The notes under the pieces are model-generated. The model did not search any database. It saw nothing but the letters and a program-made list of their open reading frames with translations, and was not told the DNA's origin. Shown here one piece after another: positions 42,771 through 55,700 of a stretch of DNA of 64,000 nucleotides. Both the position numbers and the translations under genes were made by a program. The DNA comes from the human T2T-CHM13v2.0 reference genome, Homo sapiens: NCBI RefSeq assembly GCF_009914755.1, contig NC_060939.1. One strand, 5' to 3'. Within the stretch, counting starts at the first letter, position 1; each line of letters opens with the position of its first letter.

Positions 42771-42909
42771 CATTCCATTCGACATCTTTCCATTACACTC
42801 CATTCCATTCTATTAATTTTGATTCTGATCAATTCCATTGCATTCCATTCGATATCTTTCCATTACACTCCATTCCATTCTATTAATTTTGATTCTAATC
42901 AATTCCATT
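42771..42909 (+). repeat. 70 bp tandem duplication
   Basis: GAYATCTTTCCATTACACTCCATTCCATTCTATTAATTTTGATTCTRATCAATTCCATT occurs at 42781 and 42851. Confidence 0.88.
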
Positions 42910-45900
42910 CCAATCGAACACCTTCCTTTTGATTCCATTCCTTTCGACTCCTTTCCATTCCAGTCCATCCCATTCTATTCCATTTCATTAAATTCCATTC
43001 CTTTGATTACATTCCATTTGATTCCATTCCACTCGATTCCACTCCGTTACATTTTATTGTATTCCGTTCTATTCCATTCCATTCAGTGCCATTCCATTCT
43101 ATTCTATTCCATTCGAGTCCATTTCTTTAGAGCCCATTCCATTCCATTCCATTCGATGTCATTCCGTTTGACTATTTTCCATTTGAATCCGTTCCATTCC
43201 ATTCTGTTCCATCCGTTTCCATTCCATTCTGTTCCATCCATTTCCATTCCATTCTATTCCTTTCCATTCCATTCCATTCCATTTGTTTCCATTCCATTCG
43301 AGTCCTTTCAAATCCAGTACATTCCATTCGTATCCAATCCAATCCCATCCATTCTATTCGAGTCCATTGCATTCCATTCCATATCTTTCCATTACACGCC
43401 ATTGAATTCAACTCCTTTCAATTCCATTCTATTCCATTCTATTCAATTCCATTCCATTTGACTCCATTCCAATCGAGTCCATTCCATTCCATTCCATTCC
43501 GTTCCATTTGATGCCAATGCATTCGTTTAAATTTTGTTCCAGTCCTTTCCGTTCAAGTTCATTCCGTTCCATTCCATTCCATTCCATTCCATTCCATTCC
43601 ATTCTATTAGTGTCCATTCCACTCCGGTTCATTCCATTAGAGTCCATCACATTCTAGTCCATTCCACTCGAATGCAATCCATACCAGTCCATTCCATTCT
43701 ATTCCATTCGATATCTTTCCGTTACACTCCACTCCATTCTATTAATTTTGATTCTATTCAATTACATTTCATTCGAACCCATTCCATTCAATTACATTCC
43801 ATTCGATTCCATTCCATTCTAATCCATTACATTGCAATCCCTTAAATTCGAGTCCGTTTTATTCCAAAACACCCCATTCCGGTCCATTCCAGTCGATTCC
43901 ATTCCATTCGATTCCATTCCATACTATTGCATTCTATTCGATACCATTTTATTCGAATAAATTCCATTTGAGAACACTTCTTTCGAATCCATTCTATTTG
44001 TGTGCACACCATTCGATTCCATTACGTTTGAGTCCTTTCTATTCCATTCCATTCAATGCCATTCCATTCGATTCTATTCCATTCGACTCCATTCCATTCT
44101 GTTCCATCTGATTCTATTCCATTCTATTTCTATCCAATCTATTCCATTCAATTCCATTCCATTCGTTTCCATTCCTTTCGAGTCTATTCCACTGCAGTCC
44201 ATTCCATTCAAATCCATTCCATTCCAGTCCATTCCATTCGAGTCAATTCCATTCCATTCCATTCCATTTGATATCATTCCATTACAATCCATTCCATTCT
44301 ATTCCTTTCGATTCCGTTCAATTCCACTCCATTCAATTCCATTCCATTTGATTCCATTCCATTCGACTCCAATCCATTCGAGTCCATCCCATTCCATTAC
44401 ATTCCATTCAGTTCCGTTCAATTCCAATCCATTCGATTTCGTTTCATTCCAGTCCATTTCATTCGTGTCCATTCCACTCCAGTCCATTCCATTTGAATCC
44501 TTTCATCCCAGTCCATTCCAATCGAGTCCATTACTTTCCATTCCATTTTATTCAATAGGTTTCCATTACACTTCATTCCATTCTATTCCTTTCGATTCCA
44601 TTCAATTCCATTCCATTCGATTCCAATGCATTCGTTTCCATTCCTTTTGACTCTATTCCATTCGAGTCCATTCCATTCCATTCCGTTCCATTCTACTCCA
44701 ATCCTTTCGATTCCATTTTGTTCCTGTCCATTCCATTCGAGTACATTCCATTCCTGTACATTCCATTCGATTCAATTCCATTTGATTCCATTCCACTTGT
44801 TACCACTCCATTCCATTCCATTGCATTCCATTCTAGTCCAATCCATTGCATTCCATTCCACTCCATTTGATTACATTCCATTCAATTCGTTTCCATTCGA
44901 ATCAATCACATTGCAATCCATTACATACGAGTCCGTTCTATTCCAGTCCATTCCATTCATTTCCATTCCATTCGATTCCATTCATTTTGATTCCACTCCA
45001 TACTATTGCATTTCATTCGATTCATTCTATTCGAATAAATTCCATTAGAGACCGTTCCTTTCGAGTCCATTCTGTTTGAGTCTATTCCATTCCAGTCCAT
45101 TACATTTGGGTCCATTCCATTCCCTTCCATTGCTTTCCATTCCATTCATTGCCATTCCATTCATTTCTATTCCATTCGACTCCATTACATTCCATTCCAT
45201 CCGATTCATTCCATTCTATTCCTTTCCATTCCACTCCATTCCATTCGTGTCCATTCCATTTGAGTCCGTTCCAATCCAGTCCATTCCATTCGACTCCATT
45301 ACACTCCAGTCCCTTCCATTAGAATCCATTCCATTTCGGTCCATTCCATTCAAGTCCATTCCATTCCATGACATTCCATTCGATATCTTTCCATTACAAT
45401 CCATTCCATTCTATTCTTTTTATTCCATTCAATTCCATTCCATGTAATTCCATTCCATTCGATTCCATTCCATTCTACTCCATTCCGTTTGACACCATTA
45501 CATTCCATTTCGTTCCATTTGATTGCAATACGTTCGGTTCTATTTTGTTCCAGTATATTCCATTCAAGTCCATTCCATTCCAGTCCATTCCATTCGATTC
45601 CAGTCCATTCGATTCCATTCCATTCCAATTGATTCTTCTCCGTTGCATTACATTGCATTGCATTCTATACCATTCCATTCCTTTTGGTTACATTAAATTT
45701 GATTTCATTCCATTCGAGTCAATTATTTTGCAATCCATTACATTCGAGTCCATTCTATTCCAGTCCATTCCATTCCATTCCATTCCATTCCATTCCATTC
45801 CATTGCATTCCATTCCATACTATTGCATTCCATTTGGTCCCAATGTTTTCAAATAAATTCCTTTCGAGGCCATTCCTTTAGAGTCCATTCTACTTGAGTC

Positions 45901-48702
45901 CATTCCATTCGAGTCCATTACATTTGGATCCATTTCATTCCATTCCAATCCATTCCATTCCATTCGGATCCATTTCATTCCATTCTATTCCATTCCATTC
46001 CATTCGATGCCATTCCATACAATTATGTTCCATAGGTGTCCATTCGTTTCGAATCCATTCCATTCCATTCCATTCCGCTCCATTAGATTACAATCCATTC
46101 GATTGCATTCCATTCAAATCAATTACATTTCAATGCCATAAATTGTAGTCTGTTCTATTCCAGTCCATTCCATTCCTGTCCATTCCCTTTCGATTCCATT
46201 CCATACTATTGCATTCAATTCGATTCCATTCTCTTCGAATAAATTCCATTCAAGACAATTCCTCTTGAGTCCATTCCATTCGAATCAATTCCATTCAATT
46301 CCATTCTGTTCGTTTCCATTCCTCTCGATTCTACTCCATTCCATTCTATTGCATTCCATTCTGTTCCATTCCATTGCATTCCTTTCCATTCCATTTGACT
46401 ACATTAAATTCAATTCCATTTCATTCGAGTCAATAACATTGCAATCCATTACATTCGAGTGTGTTGTATTCCAGTTCAGTCCATTCCATTCCATTCCATT
46501 CCATTCCATTCCATTCCATTCCATTCCATTCCATTGGATTCTATTCCATACTATTTCATTCCTTTCAAATCCATGTTATTCGAATAAATTCCATTCAAGA
46601 CCATTCCCTTCCAATCCATTCTATTTCAGTCCCTTCTATTCGAGTCCATTGCAATGGGGTCCATTCCATTCCTTTCCATTCCATTCACTTCGATGCCATT
46701 CCATTCCATTCTATTCCACTTGAGTCCATTCCGTTCGAGTCCATTCCATTCTATTCCACTCCATTCCATTCAATTCCATTGCATTCAATTCTATTCCATT
46801 CGACTCCATTCCATTCCATTCCATTCCATCCGATTACATTCCATTCCACCCGATTCCATTCCATTCTATTCCTTTCCATTTCATTCCATTCATTCCATTC
46901 CATTCCATTTCATTCCATTCCATTCCATTCCATTCAATTCCATATTTCCATTCCATTCGATTCCATTCCACTCCAGGACATTACATTCCAGTCCATACCA
47001 TTAGAGTCCATTCCATTAGAGTCCATTTCATTACATTCCATTCCATTTGATATATTTCCATTCCTTTCCATTCCATTGTATTCCTTTCGATTCCATTCAA
47101 CTCTACACCATTCTATTCCATTTCATTCAACTCCATTCCATTCGATTCCATTCCAATCCATTCCATTAAATTTCGCTGTGTTCGATTCTAATCCGTTGGA
47201 TTCCTTTTTTTCCGGTCCATTCCATTTGAGTCCATTCCATTCCAGTCCATTCCAATCGGTTCCATTCCACTCGATTCCATTCCATTTGATTCCACTCCAT
47301 TCCATTCCATTGCATTCCATTCTATTTCATTCCATTCCATTTGAATACATTCGATTCGATTCTATTCCCTTCAAATCAATTTCATTTCAGTCCAATACAT
47401 TCGAGTCCGTTCTATTCCATTCCATTCCATTCTGTTCCATTCCTTTTGATTCCATTCCATTCCATTCCCTTCCATACTGTTCCATTACATTTGACTCTAT
47501 TCTATTCGAATAAATTCCATTCGAAGCCAATTCTTTCAAGTCCATTTTTTTGAGTCCCTTCCATTCGAGTCCATTACATTTGGGTCAATTGCATTCCATT
47601 CCTTTCCATTCCATTTGATGCCATTCCATTCGATTCTATTCCATTCGAGTCCATTCCTTTCCAGTCCATTCCATTCGTTGCCATTCGATACGATTCTATT
47701 CCATTTGATTCCATTCCATTCCACTCCATTCCATTACGTTCCATCCGATTCCAATCCATTCTATTCCTTTCCATTCCAATCCAATCCGCTCGATTCCATT
47801 CCATTCCATTCCGATCCATTTCATTCGTTTCATTTCCATTCGCGTCATTTCCACTCCACTCCATTCCATTCGAGTCCATTCAATTCCACTACATTCCGTT
47901 TGACTCCATTCCATTCGATTTCTTTCCATTAAAACCATTCCATTCTATTCCTTTGGATTATATTAAATTCCATTCTTTTCCATTCCATTCCATACCATTC
48001 CATTCCATTCCATTTGACTCCATTTCATACCAGTCCATTCCATTCAATTCCATTCTGTTCCATTCTATTCCAATCTATTCAATTCCACTTTCTTCCAGTC
48101 CAATCCATTCGAGTCCATTACATTCCAATCCATTCCAATCGATTCCATTCCTTTCGATTCCATTCCGTTGAATTCCATTCCATTCGATTACAGTCCAATC
48201 CATTCCACTGCATTACTTTCTATTCCATTCCAATGCATTCCATTCCACTCTGTTTGATTACATTCCATTCGATTCCATTCCATTCAAATCAATTACATTG
48301 CAATCCATTACATACGATTCCATTCTATTCCTGTCCATTCCATTCCTGTCCATTCCATTTGATTCTATTCCATTAGAAACCATTCCATAGTATTGCATTC
48401 CATTCGATTCCATTCTATTCGAATAAATTCCATTTGAGACCATTCCTTTCGAGTTCATTCTTTTTGAGTCCATTCCATTTGCGTACGTTACAATTGGTTC
48501 CATTCCGTTCCGTTCCATTCCATTCGATGCCATTCCATTTGATTCTAATCCATTCGAGTCCATTCCATTCGACTTCATTCCATTCCATTTCATTCCATTC
48601 CATTCCATTCGAAGTAATTCCTTTGGATTCTATTCCATTCGACTCCATTCCATTTCATTCCATTTCAACCGATTCCATTCCATTCCATTCCATTCCATCC
48701 AA

Positions 48703-48815
48703 TTCCATTCCATTCCATTGCACCCGATTCCATTCCATTCCATTCCACTCGTTTCCATTCCATTCCATTGCACCCGATTCCATTCCATTCCATTCCACTC
48801 GTTTCCATTCCATTC
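48703..48815 (+). repeat. Perfect 50 bp tandem duplication
   Basis: CATTCCATTGCACCCGATTCCATTCCATTCCATTCCACTCGTTTCCATTC occurs at 48711 and 48761. Confidence 0.92.
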
Positions 48816-50159
48816 GTGTCCGTTCCACTCCAGTCCATTCCATTTGAGTAAATTGCAATCGAGTCCATTCCACTGAAGTCCATACCATTCCATTTGATAT
48901 CTTTCCATTACACTCCCTTCCATTCCATTCCATTCGATGCCATTCCATTCCATTCTATTCCATTCGAGTCCATTCCATTAAAGACCATTTCATTCCATTG
49001 CGTTCCATCCCTTCCGCTTCCATTCCATTCTATTCCTTTCCATTCCATTCCATTTCATTCCATTCCACTCATGTTCATTATATTCGAGACCATTCCACTC
49101 CAGTCTATTAAATGCAAGACCATTCCATTCCAGTCCATTCCATTCTGTTCTGCTCAATTCCAATGCGTTCAACTCCATTTTGTGCCAGTCCATTCCATTC
49201 CAGTCCATTCCATTTGATTCCATTCCATTTGATTCTATTCCATACTATTGCATTCCATTCGATTCCATTCTTTTGAATAAATTGCATTCGAGTCCATTCC
49301 TTTTGGGTCCATTCTATTTGAGTCCATTCCATACGAGTCCATTATATTTGGGTCCATTCCACACTATTCCATTCCATTCCATTCCATTCCATGCCCTTCC
49401 ATTCCTTTCTATTCCATTGAGTCCACTCCATTCGAGTTCATTCCATTCCATTCCATTCCATTATTTGATGCCATACTATTCTATACTATTCCATTTGACT
49501 CCATTCCATTCCATTCCATTTGATGTCATAACATTCTATTCTATTCCATTTGACTCCATTCCATTCCATTCCTTTCCATCCGATTCCATTCCTTTCTATT
49601 CCTTTTCATTCCGTTCCCTTCCGTTGCATTGCATTCCATTCCATTCCATTGGTTTCCATTCCATTTGTGTTCATTCTACTCCAGTAGATTCCATTCGATT
49701 CCATTCCCTTCGACACCCTTTCAATCGAGTCCATTCCATTCCATTCAATTCCTTTCAGTTTGATTCCAATCCGTTCAATACCATTTTGTTCCAGTCCATT
49801 CCATTCGAATCCTTTCCATTCCAGTCCATTCCTTTCAATTCCATTCCATTCGAAGTCATTCCATTGGATTATATTCCATTCGACTCCATCCCATTCCATA
49901 TCATTCCATCCGATTCCATTCCATTCTATTCCTTTATAATTCATTCCATTCCTTTCCATTCCATGCCATTCCATTCGTCTCCATTCCATTCGAGCCCATT
50001 CCACTCCAGTCCATTCCATTCGAGTGAATTCCATTACAGTCCTTTCCATTCCGTTACTTTCCATTCAATATCTTTCCATTGCACTCCATTCCATTCTATT
50101 CCTTTCGATTCCATTCAATTCCATTCCATTCAATTCGATTCCATATTATTGCATTCCAT

Positions 50160-51570
50160 TCAATTCCATTCCATTCGTATAATTTACATTCGAGACCATT
50201 TCTTTCGAGTCCATTATATTTGAGCCCATTCCATTTGATTCCACTACATTTGGGTCCATACCATTCCATTCCATTCCATTCCATTCGATCCCAGTCCATT
50301 TTTTTTCTATTCCATTTGAGTCCATTCCAATCAAGTCCAATCCATTCCATTTGATGAAATTCTATTCGATTATATTCCATTCGAGTTGATTCCATTCCAT
50401 TCGGTTCCATCCGATTACATTCCATTCTAATCCGTTCCTTTCCATTCCATTCCATTCCATTCTTTTCCAATCCATGCGAATCCATTCCACTCAAGTCCAT
50501 TCCATTCGAGTCCCTTCCATTCCAGTCCATTCCTTTCAAGTCCATTCCATTCCATTCCCTTCAACGTCTTTCCATCACACTCCATTCCATTCTATTTCAT
50601 TCGATTCCATTCAATTCCACTCTATTTGATTCCCTTCCTTTCGATTCCAATCCATTCGACTCCATTCCATTCGAGTCCATTTCATTCCATTCCAATGCAT
50701 TCTGTTCCTTTCAATACCAATCCGTTTGATTCCATTTAGTTCCAGTACATTGCATTCGAGTCCATTCCATTCCATTCCATTCGAAGCCATTGCATTCGAT
50801 TTTATTGCATTGAACTCCATTCCATTCCATTCCATTCCATCCGATTCCATTCCATTCTAGTCCTTTCCATTCGATTGCATTCTATTCGTTTAAATTCCAA
50901 TCAAGTCCATTCCACTCCAGTCCATTCCATTTGAGTCCATTGCGTTCCAGTCCATTGCATTCGAGTCCATTCCACTCCATTCCTTTCCATTTGATATCTT
51001 TCCATTGCACTCTATTCCTTTCTATTCCTTTCGATTCTGTTCAATTCCATCCCATTCGATTCCAATCCATACTATTGCATTCCATTCAATTCCATTCTAT
51101 CATATAAATTACATTCGAGACCATGTCTTTCGAGTCCATTCAATTTGAGCCCATTCCATTCCAGTCCATTACTTTTGGGTCCATTCCATTCTGTTCCATT
51201 CCATTCCATTCGATCCCATTACATTTGTTTCTATTCCATTCAAGTTCATACCAATCGAGTCCTTTCCATTCCATTCATTGAAATTCCATTCAATTCTATT
51301 TCATTCGAGTTGATACCATTCCATTCCGTTCCATCTGATTCCATTCCATTCTATTCCTTTCCATTCCATTCCATTCCATTCCATTCCATTCCATTCTTTT
51401 CCATGCCATTTGAATCCATTCCACTCCAGTCCATTCCTTTCGAGTCCATTCCATTCCAGTCCATTGCATTCAAGTCCATTCCATTCCATTCCATTAGAAG
51501 CCATTGCATTCGAATTTATTCCATTTGACTCCTTTCCATTCCATTCCATTCCACCCGATTCCATTCCATT
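50160..51570 (+). repeat. Old ~925 bp single-monomer tandem duplication
   Basis: Rare variants are shared at an offset of ~925: TGAGCCC at 50221/51146, GATCCC at 50287/51212 and CGAGTTGAT at 50382/51306. GAAGCCATTGCATTCGA is shared at a shorter offset (~50783/51497). Confidence 0.72.
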
Positions 51571-52739
51571 CTATTCCTTTCTATTCCATTTTCTTCCATT
51601 ACATTCATTTCCATTCCATTCCTGTCCATTCCACTCCAGTCCATTCCATTTGTTTCCGCTCCATTCCAGTACATTCCATTGCATTCCATTCAATTCCATT
51701 CGATGCCACTCCATTCGATTCTATTCCAATCGACTCCATTCCATTCCATTCCGTTCCTTCCAATTGCATTCCATTCTATTCCTTTCCATTCCATTCCCTT
51801 CCATTCCATTCTTTTCCATTCCATTCTATTTCACTTCATTCCATTCCATTCCACTCCATTCAATGCCATTCAAATTGACTCCATTCCATTCCATTCCGTT
51901 CTATCTGATTCCATTCCATTTTATTCCTTTGCATTCCATTCCATTCCTTTCCAATCCATTCCAGTCCAGTCCATTCCACTCCAGTTCATTCCATTTGAGT
52001 CCATTCCATTACAGTCCATTCCATTCGAGTCCATTTCATTCTATTCTAATCGATTCGATTGCATTCCACTCGATTCCACTCCATTCGATTCCATTGTATT
52101 CCGTTCTATTCCATTCCACTGCATTCCATTCTATTCCATTCCATTGCATTCCATTCCATTCCATTTGATTACATTCCATTCGATTCCATTCCATTCGAAT
52201 CAATTACATTGCAGTCCATTACATTTGACTCCGTTCTATTCCAGTCCATTCCGTTCCTGTCCATTCCATTCGATTCCATTCCATTCGATTTCATTCCCTC
52301 CGATTCCATTCCATTCTTTACCATTCTATTTGAATAAATTCCATTCGAGACCATTCGTTTCAAGTCCATTCTATTTGAGTCTATTCCATTCGAGTCCGTT
52401 ACATTTGGGTCCATCCCATTCCATTCCATTCGATGCCATCCCATTTGATTCTATTCCATTCGAGTCCATTCCATTCGAGTCCATTCCATTCTAGTCCATT
52501 AAATTCGAGTCCATTCCTTTACACTCCATTCCCTTCCATTCTATTCGACTCCATTCCATTCCTTTCCATTCCATTCCATTCCGTTCCATTCCATTCCATT
52601 CGATTACATTCCGTTCGCGTCCATTACATTCGATTCCATTCCATTTGATTCCATACTTTTTGATTCCATTCCATTCGAGTCCATTCCATAAAATTCCATT
52701 CTTTCCTTTACGTTCATTTCCAGTCCATTCGATTCCAGT

Positions 52740-55700
52740 CCATTCCAATCCACTCCACTCCACTCCGTTGAATTCCATTACTTCCCATTCCATCTCTTTC
52801 CAATCTATTTCCCTCCACTCCACTACCCTCCATTAAATACCATTCCACCCCATTCCATTCCACTCCATTTTAATCCACCCTACTCCACTTCATTGCATTC
52901 CATTTGATTGCATTGAATGCCTTTAGATTTCATTCCACTCGATTCCATTCCATTCCATTCTCTTCCATTCGTTTCCATTCCATTTGATTCCATTCCATCC
53001 CCATCTATTCCATTCAATTCCACTCCATTCCATTCCATTCAATTCTATTCCATTCATTCCATTCATTTCCATTTCATTCCATTCCATGCCATTGCATTTC
53101 ATTTCCACTCCCCTCTACTCCACTCCATTCCGTTCAATTCCATTCCTTCTCATTCCATTCCACTCCATTCCACTCCAATCCATTCCGTTCCACTCACTTC
53201 CATTCCACCCCTTTCCATTCCCCTACATTTCACTCCTCTCTTCTCCACTGCTTTCCATTCGATGCCTTTCGATTAAATTCCATTCGATTCCATTCCATTC
53301 AATTGCACTCCAGTCCACTCCATTCCAATCCATTCCGTTCCATTCTATTCGACTCCATTCCACTCCACTCCACTCTGATCCACTCTATTCCATTCCATTA
53401 CATTGTATTCAACTCCATTCCATTCAATTCCGTTCTATTCCTTTCCACTCCACTCCACTACACTCTATTGAAATCCATTCCTCCCCATTCCTTTCCACGC
53501 CATTCCATTCCACTGCACTGCATTTCAATGCATACCATTCGATTACAGTCGTTTCCATTCGATTCCATTCTATTCGATTCCAAACCTTTTGATTCCACTC
53601 CAATCGATTCGATTCGATTCCATTCCATTCCATTTCATTCCTTTCGATTTGATTTTATTCCATTCGGGTCCATTCCTTTCGATTATATTTCACTCAATTG
53701 CATTCCATTCGAGTCCATTCCATTCGAGTCCATTAAATTAAATTCCATTCTTTCCATTCCATTCCAGTCCATTCCATTCCAGTCCATTCCAGTCCACTCC
53801 TCTCCACTCCACTCCATTCAATTCCATTACTTCCCATTCCATTCCATTCCACTCCATTCTTCTCCACTCCACTACACTCCATTCAATTTATTTCCACCCA
53901 ATTCCATTACACTCCATGACAATCCATTCCACTCCACTTCATCACACTCCATTTGATTCCGTTCATTGCCATTCAATTCCATTCCTTTCGATTGCCTTCC
54001 ACTCTATTCCTCTCCATTTGATTCCATTCCATTCTATTCCATTCCCGTCGATTCATTTCCATTTGATTCCATTACATTGGAGGACATTCCATTCAATTCG
54101 TTTCTATTCCAGTCCATTCCATTGCAGTCCATTCCTTTTGAGTCCATTCCATTCGGGACTATTCCATTCCAGTCAATTCCATTCGAGCCCATTCTATTCC
54201 AATCCATTTCACTCCAGTCCATTCCATTTGAGTCCATTCCATTCGAGTCCATTCCATTCCAGTCCATTCTATTCCAGTCTATTCCGTTTCAGTCTATTCT
54301 GTCGGAGTCCATTATATTCTTTTCCATTCTCTTCCCTTTCCTTTCCTTCCTTTCCATTCCACTCCACTCCAGTCCTTTCCATTCCTTTTCACTTCACTCC
54401 ATTCCATTCCACTCCACTCCATTCTATTCCACTGCATTCCACTCCATTCCACTTTTCCATTCCATTCCATTCCATTCCATTCCATTCCATTCCATTCCAT
54501 TCTATTGCATTCCATTCCACTCCGCTCTGCTCCACTCCACTCCATTCAATTCCATTCGTTCTCATTCCATTCCACTCTGTTCTTCTCCAATCCACTCCAT
54601 TCCATTCAATTCCATTCCACTCTATTCCATTCCACTGCATTCCACTCCTCTCTACTCCACTTCACAGCATTCCAGTCGATGCCATTCAATTCCTTTCCAT
54701 TCAATTCCTTTCCATTCAATTCCATTCCAATTCATTCTATTTCATTTGATTCCATTCCATTCAATTCCGTTCCATTCCATTCCATTCCATTCCATTCCGT
54801 TCCATTCCATTCCATTCCATTTCATTCCATTCCTTTCCGTTCCATTCCATTCCATTCAATTCGAGTCCGTTCCATTCGATTCCATTCCATTGGATTCCTT
54901 TCCAAACTATTCCATTCCATTCAAGTACATTTCCTTCGAGTCCATTCCATTCCATTCCATTCCATTCCATTCCATTCCATTCCATTCCCCTCCACTCCAC
55001 TCAACTCCACTCCACTACATTCCATTCCATTCTATCCCATTACATTCCATTGCACTCCTGTCGACTCCATTCCTCTCCATTCCATTCCACTCCATTCCAT
55101 ACTTTCCTTTACACTCCACTCGTCTCCACTCCACTCCATACCACTTCACTCTATTCCATTCCATTCCATTGCATTACAATCCACTCCACTCCACTCCACT
55201 CCACTCAATTCCATTCCTTCCCATTCCATTCCATTCCACTCCATTGCGCTCTATACAATTGAGTTCCACATCATTCAATTCCACTCCATTACACTCCACT
55301 CCACTTAACTGCATTCCGTTAGATTCAATATGATGCCATTCTGTTCCTTTACATTCCATTTCATTCCAGTCGATTCCATTCTATTCAATTCCATTCCATT
55401 CGATTCCATTCCTTTCGATTCCATTCCAGTGTATTCCATTCAATTTGATTCCCTTCCACTCGATTCCACACCATTTGGGTGCTTTTCATTCGAGTCCATT
55501 CCATTCCTCTCCATTCCCTCCCAGTCCATTCCACTCCAGTCCATTTTACTCGAGTCCATTGCATTCCATTCCTTCATATTCCATTCCACTATACTCCATT
55601 CCATTCCATTGCATTGCACTCCACTCCACTCCGTTCAATTCCACTCCTACCCATTCCAATGCATTCCATTCCATTCCATTACATTCCATTTAAATCTATT

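Larger units (their letters stand above)
29439..52700 (+). repeat. Diverged HSat3 layer without the HOR, built from ~1 kb monomers
   Basis: No 4.8 kb periodicity. About 24 degenerate copies of the cassette GAATAAATTCCATTCGAGACCATTCCTTTCGAGTCCATTCTATTTGAGTCC...ACATTTGGGTCC lie between 29705 and 52347. Confidence 0.85.

Noticed and set aside
29705-52400. Conserved cassette plus variable spacer, superficially like a CRISPR or integron array
   Set aside because: The spacers are themselves homologous CATTC satellite of 0.3-2 kb, there are no cas or integrase genes, and the context is eukaryotic satellite.
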